Assembly (NCBI GenBank): GCA_963746855.1
Contig: CAVVDC010000008.1
Span: 21,115-85,114 of the forward strand
Source: an uncultured Chloroflexia bacterium
GTDB lineage: Bacteria; Chloroflexota; Limnocylindria; Limnocylindrales; CSP1-4
Direction: 5' to 3'
Length of the DNA: 64,000 bases
Shown here: in pieces, positions 1 to 8,082 of the stretch
How positions within the stretch are numbered: the stretch's first letter is position 1
Layout of the letters: each line of letters begins with the position of its first letter
Translations under genes and position numbers: made by a program
Notes under the pieces: generated by a model
Database searches by the model: none
Told to the model about the DNA's origin: nothing
What the model saw: only the letters and a program-made list of their open reading frames with translations

Positions 1-1
1 C

Positions 2-697
2 GATCGCCTGACCGAGGAAGGCCACGCGACCGGTGCCGTCAACACGATCACGCGAGAGGGCAAGCGCCTCATCGGGCACAACACGGACGTGCCCGGCTTC
101 AAGGTCGCGCTGGATCACCTCGTCGGCAAGCAGAAGATGCCGCGCAACGCCGTAGTCCTGGGCGCCGGCGGCGGCGCCCGCGCCGTCGTCTACGGGCTCA
201 TCACCGAGGGTTTCCAGCGGGTCATCGTGTTCAACCGGCACCTGCACCGGGCGGAGGGCCTCGTCAAGCACTTCGGTCGGAGCGCCGCGCACATGGAGCT
301 GCGCGCGATGCCATGGCACGAGTCGATCATCGAGGCCGAGCTCGCGAAGACGCGCGTGCTCGTGAACGCCACGTCCATCGGGCTGGCCGACGACGGGAGC
401 CCGGTCCCGGCGGCGGCCCTCCATCCGGAATTGCTCGTCCTGGACCTCATCTATGCCAAGACCCGCCTGCTCCGCGACGCGGCATCGGTGGGTGCGGTCG
501 CGAACGATGGCGAGCTCATGCTCCTCCACCAGGGAGCGGCGGCGTTCACGTTGTGGACCGGGCAGAAGGCGCCGCTCGAGCTCATGCAGCAACGCCTCGC
601 CGAGGCCCGGGCCGGTGGCCTGCGCTCGGCCGAGGGCGAGCCGACCGGTGAGCCCGACCCCGTGGGCGAACCTGCCGAATCCGCCGTGGCCGACTGA
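2..697 (+). CDS. aroE: Shikimate dehydrogenase (5' truncated by window edge)
   Basis: Frame open from base 2 (DRLTEEGHATGAVNTI...GHNTD); GAGGGA NADP-binding motif, NATSIG, MLLHQG; first gene of aro cluster. Confidence 0.92.
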   Translation, partial: DRLTEEGHATGAVNTITREGKRLIGHNTDVPGFKVALDHLVGKQKMPRNAVVLGAGGGARAVVYGLITEGFQRVIVFNRHLHRAEGLVKHFGRSAAHMELRAMPWHESIIEAELAKTRVLVNATSIGLADDGSPVPAAALHPELLVLDLIYAKTRLLRDAASVGAVANDGELMLLHQGAAAFTLWTGQKAPLELMQQRLAEARAGGLRSAEGEPTGEPDPVGEPAESAVAD

Positions 698-731
698 CGG
701 TCCGTTCGACCGCTCGCGACCGACCAGACCG

Positions 732-2051
732 ATGCCCGCCTTCCGCTTCCTGACCGCCGGGGAATCGCATGGGCCGGCGCTTGGCGCCACGATCGAGGGC
801 GTGCCCGCAGGCCTGGCCCTGACCGAGGACGACCTCGCGGTCGATCTTGCCCGGCGGCAGCGGGGTTACGGCCGCGGCGCTCGCCAGGCGATCGAGCAGG
901 ACCGGGCGCAGATCCTGGGCGGGGTCCGCCACGGGCGAACGCTCGGCTCGCCGATCCTGCTGCTCATCCACAACCGCGACTGGGAGAACTGGACCCGGGT
1001 CATGCAAGTCGCGCCGCTGACCGAGGCCGAGGCCGACGAGCTGCTGGCCGCCGCGAAAGACGGCAACAAGCGCGCCACACCCGTGACCCGCGTCCGACCC
1101 GGCCACGCCGACCTCGCTGGAGCCCTCAAGTACGGCTTCAACGACGTCCGTGACGTGCTCGAACGGGCGTCGGCCCGCGAGACGGCGGCCCGAGTGGCGG
1201 CCGGCGGGGTCGCCCGGGCGTTCCTCCGCGAGCTGGGCGTCGAGGTCTGGTCGTTCAGTGCCGAGGTCGGTGGCGTCGCCGTCGATCCCGCGAACTGCAC
1301 GCGCCCGCGCGACGAGGCGGACGAGTCGCCCCTCCGCTGCCCGGACCCCGAGGCCGAGGCGCGGATGATCGCGCGCATCGACGAGGCCCGGTCCGCCGGT
1401 GACACGATCGGCGGCGTGTTCGAGGTCGTCGCCCACGGGCTGCCGATCGGCCTCGGGTCGTACGTCCACTGGGATCGGCGCCTGGACGCGGCGATCGCCG
1501 CGGCCGTCATGAGTATCAACATCGTCAAGGGCGTCGAATTCGGGCTCGGGTTCGAGCAGACGCGCCGCTTCGGCTCGGCCGTGCACGACGTCATCGAGGG
1601 TCGAAGCGAGGACGGCCGCTGGGTCCACCGCACGAACAACGCAGGCGGCCTGACGGGCGGCGTCACGAACGGCGAGCCGCTCGTCGTGCGCGGTGCCGTC
1701 AAGCCCATCTCCACCCTGGCCCGGCCGCTGCCGTCTGCCGACCTCGTGACCGGCGAAGCCGTCGACAAGGCGCATTACGAGCGCAGCGACATCAGCGTCG
1801 TCCCGGCCGCCGGGGTCGTCGCCGAGGCGATGGTCATGCTGGCCTTGGCCGGGGCAGTCGTCGAGAAGTTCGGCGGCGACACCCTCGACGACGTCCGAAC
1901 GAACCTGGCGGCGTACCGAGCGCGCATCGAGCGGGCGCCCGATGCGCCGGTGGCCGGCGGACGCCGACCCGCCGAGACCACCGCGACCGCGGCGGCCGAG
2001 ACGCACGGATTGACCGGCACCGACGAGGCCGGCTCCGGCGGCGACGACTAG
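732..2051 (+). CDS. aroC: Chorismate synthase
   Basis: Starts MPAFRFLTAGESHG; RPGHAD, RASARETAARVAAG and KPISTL motifs; short low-complexity C-terminal tail. Confidence 0.97.
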   Translation: MPAFRFLTAGESHGPALGATIEGVPAGLALTEDDLAVDLARRQRGYGRGARQAIEQDRAQILGGVRHGRTLGSPILLLIHNRDWENWTRVMQVAPLTEAEADELLAAAKDGNKRATPVTRVRPGHADLAGALKYGFNDVRDVLERASARETAARVAAGGVARAFLRELGVEVWSFSAEVGGVAVDPANCTRPRDEADESPLRCPDPEAEARMIARIDEARSAGDTIGGVFEVVAHGLPIGLGSYVHWDRRLDAAIAAAVMSINIVKGVEFGLGFEQTRRFGSAVHDVIEGRSEDGRWVHRTNNAGGLTGGVTNGEPLVVRGAVKPISTLARPLPSADLVTGEAVDKAHYERSDISVVPAAGVVAEAMVMLALAGAVVEKFGGDTLDDVRTNLAAYRARIERAPDAPVAGGRRPAETTATAAAETHGLTGTDEAGSGGDD

Positions 2052-2057
2052 GCCCGC

Positions 2058-3713
2058 ATGGACGTCGTGCTGGTCGGCCTGCCCGGCAGCGGCAAGAGCG
2101 TCGTCGGCAAGCGCCTCGCGCAGCGCCATCGCGCGACCTTCATCGACCTCGACGAACGGATCGAGTCGGCCACCGGCCGGGCGATCCCGGAGATCTTCGC
2201 CGAGGATGGCGAGGCGGCCTTCCGGGACCTGGAGCGGGCGGCCGTCGCCGACCTGGGTCCGGCCGACGCCGACTCCGCGATCCGCCGGGTCGTGGCGACC
2301 GGCGGCGGCGCGGTCGTCGACCCGCGCAATCGATGGCGCCTGTATCGCGGTCGGGCGTCCGTCTGGCTCGACGGGCGCCCGGAGGTCCTCGCGCAGCGGC
2401 TGCGCCGCTCGCCGCACGTCCGACCGCTCGTCACCGGACGCGACCCGATCGGGACCATCCGCGACCTGGCCGGCAAGCGCGAGCGCTTCTACGCGGCGGC
2501 CGACATTCGCAGCTCGGCGGTGGCGGAGGTGCACGGGGTCGTGGACGCCCTCGACGGCCGCCTCGACGAGCTGGCGCCGACGATGGCCGCCCGCGGGACC
2601 GCGCTCCTGCGGGCGGAAACCCCGATCGGACGGTTCGTGCTCGGCGACGGCATCGCCCATCGGGCAACGATCGACGCCCTCGAGCGCCTGTCCGCCCGGC
2701 GGGCCATCCTCGTGTCCGAGCCGGGCGCCTGGGCCGCGGTCGGCGAGGGGCTTTCGAACGCCCTCGAGGCGGGCGGCTGGGCGGTAGAGCGGGTCCTCCT
2801 GCCGCAGGGCGAGGATGCCAAGCGGCTGGCCGTCATCGAGGCTGCTTCGCGTGAGCTCGCGCAGTTGCGCGTCGAGCGCAGCGAGCCGCTCGTCGCGATC
2901 GGTGGCGGCGCCCTCGGCGATGCGGCCGGCTTCCTCGCCGCAACGTACTTGCGCGGCGTGCCGATCGTCCACGTGCCGACGACCCTCGTCGCCCAGATCG
3001 ATTCGTCGATCGGCGGCAAGACCGGCGTCGACCTGCCCGAGGGCAAGAACCTCGTCGGGGCGTTCCACCAGCCGGCCGCGGTCATCATCGACGTCGCGGT
3101 ACTCCGATCCCTGCCAGAGCGGCAGCGCCGGGCGGCCCTGGGCGAGGCGGTGAAGATGGCGGCGCTCGGCGACGAGCGACTGTTCGAGCTACTCGAAACG
3201 ACCGGACCTGCGATCGCTCGAGGCGACGAGGATGCCTTCGAGTCGGGCGCCATCGCCGACGTCGTGGAGCGCTGCGCCTGGGCGAAGGTCGTGGTCGTCC
3301 TGGCCGATGAGCGAGAGCGCGACGCGGGCGGCGGGCGGATCACGTTGAACCTCGGGCATTCGCTGGGGCACGCGCTCGAGGCGGCCGGTAGGTACGGCGA
3401 GCTGCTGCATGGCGAGGCGGTCGCGTACGGCCTCCGCGCCGCGTGCGCGATCGGGGTTGCCGCGGGCGTCACGCCGTCCGACCGGGCGGCTCGCATCGGC
3501 CGACTGCTCGATGCGCTCGACCTGGCTCGGGAGCCGCTCCCCTACCCGGCCGAGACCGTGCTCGGCCATCTCCTCGCCGACAAGAAGCATGCGGGCGGGC
3601 ACCTGCGCTGGGTCCTGCCGACCGCCGACGGCGTGACGGTCCGGGCCGATATCGAGTCCGCTCTGGTCGAGCGGGCGGCGGGCACCGTGCTGTCGGCGGG
3701 AGCGCCCCGATGA
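2058..3713 (+). CDS. aroKB: Shikimate kinase / 3-dehydroquinate synthase fusion
   Basis: N-terminal P-loop GLPGSGKS, DLD, ATGGG; C-terminal GGGALGD, DSSIGGKTG, GKNLVGAFHQP, NLGHSLGHALE, LHGEAV. Confidence 0.95.
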   Translation: MDVVLVGLPGSGKSVVGKRLAQRHRATFIDLDERIESATGRAIPEIFAEDGEAAFRDLERAAVADLGPADADSAIRRVVATGGGAVVDPRNRWRLYRGRASVWLDGRPEVLAQRLRRSPHVRPLVTGRDPIGTIRDLAGKRERFYAAADIRSSAVAEVHGVVDALDGRLDELAPTMAARGTALLRAETPIGRFVLGDGIAHRATIDALERLSARRAILVSEPGAWAAVGEGLSNALEAGGWAVERVLLPQGEDAKRLAVIEAASRELAQLRVERSEPLVAIGGGALGDAAGFLAATYLRGVPIVHVPTTLVAQIDSSIGGKTGVDLPEGKNLVGAFHQPAAVIIDVAVLRSLPERQRRAALGEAVKMAALGDERLFELLETTGPAIARGDEDAFESGAIADVVERCAWAKVVVVLADERERDAGGGRITLNLGHSLGHALEAAGRYGELLHGEAVAYGLRAACAIGVAAGVTPSDRAARIGRLLDALDLAREPLPYPAETVLGHLLADKKHAGGHLRWVLPTADGVTVRADIESALVERAAGTVLSAGAPR

Positions 3714-4150
3714 CGACGGTCCTCGTGCTCGAGGGGCCGAACCTCAACCTGATCGGCACGCGCGAGCCCGAGATCTACGGGTACGAGACGCTCGACGAGA
3801 TCCACGCGGGCATCGCGGCACGCGCGGCCGAGCTCGGGCTGACGGTCGAGTTCTTCCAGTCGAACCACGAGGGGGCGCTCATCGATCGCCTGCACCGGCG
3901 CGACTTCGACGTCGCGATCGTGAACGCTGGGGGCCTGACCCACACGAGTGTCTCGCTCCGGGATGCCTTGCTCGCCGTCGAGCGGCCGTTCATCGAAGTC
4001 CACCTCTCCGACCCCGCGAGACGCGAGCCGTTCCGGCAGGTCAACTTCCTCCACGACATCGCGCTCGAATCGATCGTGGGCCAGGGCGCGCGGGGGTACC
4101 ACCTCGCCCTCGAGACGATCCACCAGCGTCTGGGTGGCGGGCATGGCTAA
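3710..4150 (+). CDS. aroQ: Type II 3-dehydroquinate dehydratase
   Basis: GPNLNLIGTREPEIYG, QSNHEG, EVHLS motifs; ATGA overlap with aroKB. Confidence 0.96.
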   Translation: MTTVLVLEGPNLNLIGTREPEIYGYETLDEIHAGIAARAAELGLTVEFFQSNHEGALIDRLHRRDFDVAIVNAGGLTHTSVSLRDALLAVERPFIEVHLSDPARREPFRQVNFLHDIALESIVGQGARGYHLALETIHQRLGGGHG

Positions 4151-4460
4151 TCGGGCGCCCGAGACCGCCGAGCTGAAGCGGCTGCGGCGCAAGATCGACG
4201 CGCTCGACCGACGCCTGGTCGCGCTCCTCAACGAGCGCGCGGAACTGGCCCGTGACGTCGGGCGGGCGAAGGCGAGGGTTGGTCGGCGGGCGATTCGCGA
4301 CGCCGAGCGGGAACGCGAGGTCCTGCTCCGCGTCACGATGGCCAACCAGGGCCCGATGCCCCAGGCCGACCTCCTCGCCGTCTACCGGCGGCTGATGGCC
4401 GCCACACGGGCACTCGAGGCGCAGGACCGATCCCGAGAGGATGGCCCCGACGGCGCCTGA
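4143..4460 (+). CDS. Chorismate mutase (AroQ-class, monofunctional)
   Basis: LRRKIDALDRRLVALLNER...VGRAK...RDAEREREVL pattern; aro operon context. Confidence 0.9.
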   Translation: MANRAPETAELKRLRRKIDALDRRLVALLNERAELARDVGRAKARVGRRAIRDAEREREVLLRVTMANQGPMPQADLLAVYRRLMAATRALEAQDRSREDGPDGA

Positions 4461-5319
4461 TCCCGGCGGCGGGCCGCTGACCCGCTTCGCGCCCGCCCCG
4501 ACCGGCTATCTGCACCTCGGGCACGTCGCCAACGCCGTCTGGGTGTGGGGCACCGCGGGGGCGACGGGTGGCCGGGTGCTCCTGCGGATCGAGGACCACG
4601 ATCGTCAGCGCTGCCGGCCCGAGTACGACGCGGCGCTCCTCGAGGACCTCGACTGGCTCGGGTTCCGGGCGGATCTCGGGCCCGTGCGCCAGTCGGACGA
4701 TGACGCGCCGTACCGCGACGCGCTGGCGGTGCTCCAGGCCCAGGGCCTCGTCTACGGCTGCGACTGCTCCCGGGCGACGTTCGACGCGTGGGCGCAGCAG
4801 ACCGAGGGGCTGTGGTCCGGACCCGGCTGTCCGGGCGCGTGTTCGGTCCGCGGCCTGGCCGGGCCGGTGCTTCGGGTCGCGCTCGGCGGCGGACAGGAAG
4901 CGTGGATGGATGGGGTCGTCGGGCCGTGTGCGGGCGACGTGGCCACCTCGGGCGACCTGCCCATCCGCGACCGCCAGGGCAATTGGACCTATGGCTTCAG
5001 TGTCGTGGTCGACGACCTGCGCCAGGGGATCGACCTCGTCATCCGGGGCCGCGACCTGCTCGAGGCGACGCCCTCGCAGATCCGGCTCGGGCGGCTCCTG
5101 GGTCGCGCGCGCCCGCCGGCGTTCAACCACCACCCGCTCATCCGGCGGCCGGATGGCACCAAGCTCTCGAAAGCGGACGGTGCGACCGGCCTCCGAGCGA
5201 TGCGCGCGGCCGGACGAACAGCGGATGAGGTGATCGGCGGCGCGGCAGCAGCGATCGGACTGCTCGGCGAGACACGACGGATCGCGGCCTCTGAGGTCGT
5301 GACCTTCTTCCGACACTGA
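4441..5319 (+). CDS. gluQ: Glutamyl-Q tRNA(Asp) synthetase-like protein (GluRS catalytic domain only)
   Basis: RFAPAPTGYLHLGH, LRIEDHD, CDCSR, VVDD...RGRDL, KLSK; 292 aa with no anticodon-binding domain. Confidence 0.85.
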   Translation: MAPTAPDPGGGPLTRFAPAPTGYLHLGHVANAVWVWGTAGATGGRVLLRIEDHDRQRCRPEYDAALLEDLDWLGFRADLGPVRQSDDDAPYRDALAVLQAQGLVYGCDCSRATFDAWAQQTEGLWSGPGCPGACSVRGLAGPVLRVALGGGQEAWMDGVVGPCAGDVATSGDLPIRDRQGNWTYGFSVVVDDLRQGIDLVIRGRDLLEATPSQIRLGRLLGRARPPAFNHHPLIRRPDGTKLSKADGATGLRAMRAAGRTADEVIGGAAAAIGLLGETRRIAASEVVTFFRH

Positions 5320-5324
5320 CCCGA

Positions 5325-6194
5325 TCAGCGACGCCACCAGGTCCAACGTCGACGCTTCTTGTCGTCCTCTCGTGTCAGTGACAGCCGTCGCTCGTGCCAT
5401 TCACCCCCGATCCACTCCGCCAAGGTCCGCCACGACATGTAGGCCACATTCGGACCACCGCGCTCGAGCGCGCGTCGTGGATCGGGCGCGTCCGGACGCG
5501 CGACGCCGTGCGCGATCACCTCGGCAACGTTGGACCAGGCCCGTGGACCCCGACTCGGACCATTGACGATATGCAGATCGACGACCGGGCCTTGTTCCGG
5601 CCAGACCAGGGCCGTGTCACGAAGCAGGGGCAGGGAGCCCAGGTCGGCGATCGTCGGGTCTCCGTCGCCGTCCCACGCCAGTCCGGCTACGACCGGCCAG
5701 GTCGACCCAGGGGGCCAGCCGTCGGCCAGGGCGACCACCACGAAGTAGCCGCTTCGCGACCCGTTGAGCGCCTTGACCCGGACGACATCTCCCACCGCGA
5801 CCGGGGAGGCGGTCGCGGTGGGCCGGGAGATCCGGGTCGGCGGTCGCTGGGGACCGCGCAGCGTCGACGCGAGCTTCGCGATCACCTGCTGTCGCCGACG
5901 ACCCTGCGCGGGGTCCTCGTGCATGAACGCCTCGACGTCGGCACGGCGATCGATCACCTTGAGCGCCTCGTCTCGAACGTCATCCTGCAGTCGGCCGGTC
6001 GCAGCCTGTGCCGCGGCAAGGCCCATCCAGAACCGCGATGCCTCATCTGTATCTGCAATGGCATCGCCGTGTGTCCGCAGGAGCTTGGCCGTGGCATCGG
6101 CGGGCGAGAGCCCATCCGCGATGGCGTCTCGCCAGTCGCCACGGACGTCCGACGTGAGGTCGTCGTCGAAGATGCCGACTCCCCACGTTCCCAC
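5325..6194 (-). CDS. Hypothetical protein with DUF4259-like N-terminus
   Basis: GTG at 6194 overlaps the stop of the upstream gene (TAGTG); begins MGTWGVGIFDDD, resembling the MGxWGxGxFDxD start of DUF4259-type proteins. Confidence 0.6.
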   Translation of the reverse strand: MGTWGVGIFDDDLTSDVRGDWRDAIADGLSPADATAKLLRTHGDAIADTDEASRFWMGLAAAQAATGRLQDDVRDEALKVIDRRADVEAFMHEDPAQGRRRQQVIAKLASTLRGPQRPPTRISRPTATASPVAVGDVVRVKALNGSRSGYFVVVALADGWPPGSTWPVVAGLAWDGDGDPTIADLGSLPLLRDTALVWPEQGPVVDLHIVNGPSRGPRAWSNVAEVIAHGVARPDAPDPRRALERGGPNVAYMSWRTLAEWIGGEWHERRLSLTREDDKKRRRWTWWRR

Positions 6195-6853
6195 TATCCG
6201 GGCTCCGTTCGGTCCTCGATCTCCCAGGCGTGGTCGAGGGCGTGCCAGGCGATCCGGCGCGCCGCGTAGCGTGCCGTCCAGCGGCGGTCCGCGAGCGGCG
6301 AGCCATCTGACGGCCGGCGCAGCACCTCGAGCATCGCGACGCGCTCGGCCTCCACCGCCGGGCGATCGGCAAGCGACGGCGTCGAGAGCTTGATGCCCAT
6401 CTCGCGGGCGTACGCGTGGTCGGCGTCGATCACGTGCCCGGCCATCTTGTCGCGGTCCCGGCCGCCACCGCGCGGGCCCTTGCGGAGTTCCGCGGGCGCT
6501 CCGGCGACGACGCGGTCGAACACGATCCACGCGGCTTCGACCAGGCTCGCGAGGCGCTCGGCCTCGGCGGCGGTGGTCGGGCGTCGGTCCAGGTCGGTGA
6601 TCGCGGATGGGACGCCGAATTCGGTGCCGGCGCCGCCCGGCACGGACGTGACGGTCTCGAGGTCCCCGGTGGCGGCGTGCGGAAGCGTGAGCCCGGCCGC
6701 ACGGGCGACGATCGCGTACCGGGGATGGTGGTCGAGCAGGGCGTCGATGGCGAGTGCGGCGTGCTTGCCGCCCCGGCACCAGCCGGGCCAGTCGAGAGCC
6801 CAGACGAACGCCTTCTTGGCGCCGACCTCCTCGCCGATCTCGATCCGTGCCAC
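6194..6853 (-). CDS. Hypothetical protein (helical, His-containing, possibly DinB-like C-terminus)
   Basis: Natural composition; HVIDADHAY and RRIAWHALDHAWEIEDR motifs; TATCCT -10 six nt upstream of GTG. Confidence 0.7.
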   Translation of the reverse strand: MARIEIGEEVGAKKAFVWALDWPGWCRGGKHAALAIDALLDHHPRYAIVARAAGLTLPHAATGDLETVTSVPGGAGTEFGVPSAITDLDRRPTTAAEAERLASLVEAAWIVFDRVVAGAPAELRKGPRGGGRDRDKMAGHVIDADHAYAREMGIKLSTPSLADRPAVEAERVAMLEVLRRPSDGSPLADRRWTARYAARRIAWHALDHAWEIEDRTEPG

Positions 6854-6871
6854 GACCCGAGGATACGGCGC

Positions 6872-7714
6872 TCAGGCGGTCGTGGCCGCCCGGAGGCGCC
6901 CGACGAGGCCGATCAACGCATCGACATCCCGACCGTCGGCACCGAGCGCGTCAACGAGCGCGGACGCGACGATGACCCCATCCGCTCCGGCCTTCGCGAT
7001 CGCCCGGACGTGCGCGGGCTTGCTGACGCCGAACCCGACCGCGACCGGGACCGGCGAGGCGGCCTTGACGTCGCGCACGTGCCGGCCGACGGACGCCGGG
7101 AGGGTCGCCCGGGCGCCCGTGACGCCCACGAGGGACACGCAGTACAGGAACCCGCCGCTCCGCGCGGCGATGGCCGCACGGCGGGCCGCGGGCGTGGTCG
7201 GGGCGACCAGATAGATGACCGCCAACCCGACGTCCCGGGCGATGGCCTCGAACGGTGCCCCCTCGTCCGGGGTCAGGTCGGCGACGATCAGTCCGGCCGC
7301 GCCTGCGCTTGCGAGTCGACGGGCGACGGGCGCGCCGTCGCCGCCGCCGATCACCTGGTTCGCGTAGGCCATCGGCACGAGCGGGATGTCCGGACGCTCG
7401 GCACCGATGCGCTCGATGAGCCGCAGCGACCCTTCGAGGGTCGCCCCGGCGCGAAGAGCGACGCCAGACGCCCGCTGGAGCGTGGCGCCGTCCGCGAGCG
7501 GATCGGAATACGGGAGCCCGACCTCGAGGACGTCCGCGCCGGCATCGGCCGCGGCGAGGGCGATCCGGAGGCTGGTCTCGGCATCGGGGTAGCCCGCGAC
7601 CACGTACGGGATGAGGGCGGCCCGGCCCTCCGCACGAGCCCGGGCGAACGCCGCCGCGATCCGCCGGGCGCCGACCGTGTGGTTCGTGCCGCTCGTCGCA
7701 AGGGCCGTCGTCAT
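6872..7714 (-). CDS. trpA: Tryptophan synthase alpha subunit
   Basis: EVGLPYSDPLADGATLQ, YCVSLVGVTG, VGFGVS, DGVIVAS; ATG 7714 overlaps upstream stop. Confidence 0.96.
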   Translation of the reverse strand: MTTALATSGTNHTVGARRIAAAFARARAEGRAALIPYVVAGYPDAETSLRIALAAADAGADVLEVGLPYSDPLADGATLQRASGVALRAGATLEGSLRLIERIGAERPDIPLVPMAYANQVIGGGDGAPVARRLASAGAAGLIVADLTPDEGAPFEAIARDVGLAVIYLVAPTTPAARRAAIAARSGGFLYCVSLVGVTGARATLPASVGRHVRDVKAASPVPVAVGFGVSKPAHVRAIAKAGADGVIVASALVDALGADGRDVDALIGLVGRLRAATTA

Positions 7715-8082
7715 CGGGCGCTCGCGATCGCCTCGGCATCGAAGGTTGCGACGATCGCCTTGGGCGCGGTTCGCCGCCAGGCCGAGACGATGACGTCCCG
7801 GACGATCGATGGGTCCAACGCGTCCAGCCGCACGCTCACCCACCCGAATCGACCGACGTATGGGGCACTCGATACGGCGTCCGGAAACGCCGCGAGGAGA
7901 TCGGCTTGCTGGTCCCGGTCGGTGCGGATGCTCGCGCTGCCGCCCTCCTGGCCCGTGATCAGGTAGATCTTGCTTCGAACGCGGAACGTGACGTCGCCGG
8001 CATGCTCGGCGTCACCCCACGTCTCCTGCTCGTGCGTCCCGGGGAGCGACAGGCAGAACCCGCGCAACTCGTCGATCGTCAA
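7711..8082 (-). CDS. MmcQ/YjbR family protein
   Basis: ELRGFCLSLPG...TFRVRSKIY...APYVGRFGWVSV...AWRRTAPK; TTG start overlaps the trpB stop (ORF track start 8097). Confidence 0.85.
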   Translation of the reverse strand: MTIDELRGFCLSLPGTHEQETWGDAEHAGDVTFRVRSKIYLITGQEGGSASIRTDRDQQADLLAAFPDAVSSAPYVGRFGWVSVRLDALDPSIVRDVIVSAWRRTAPKAIVATFDAEAIASAR

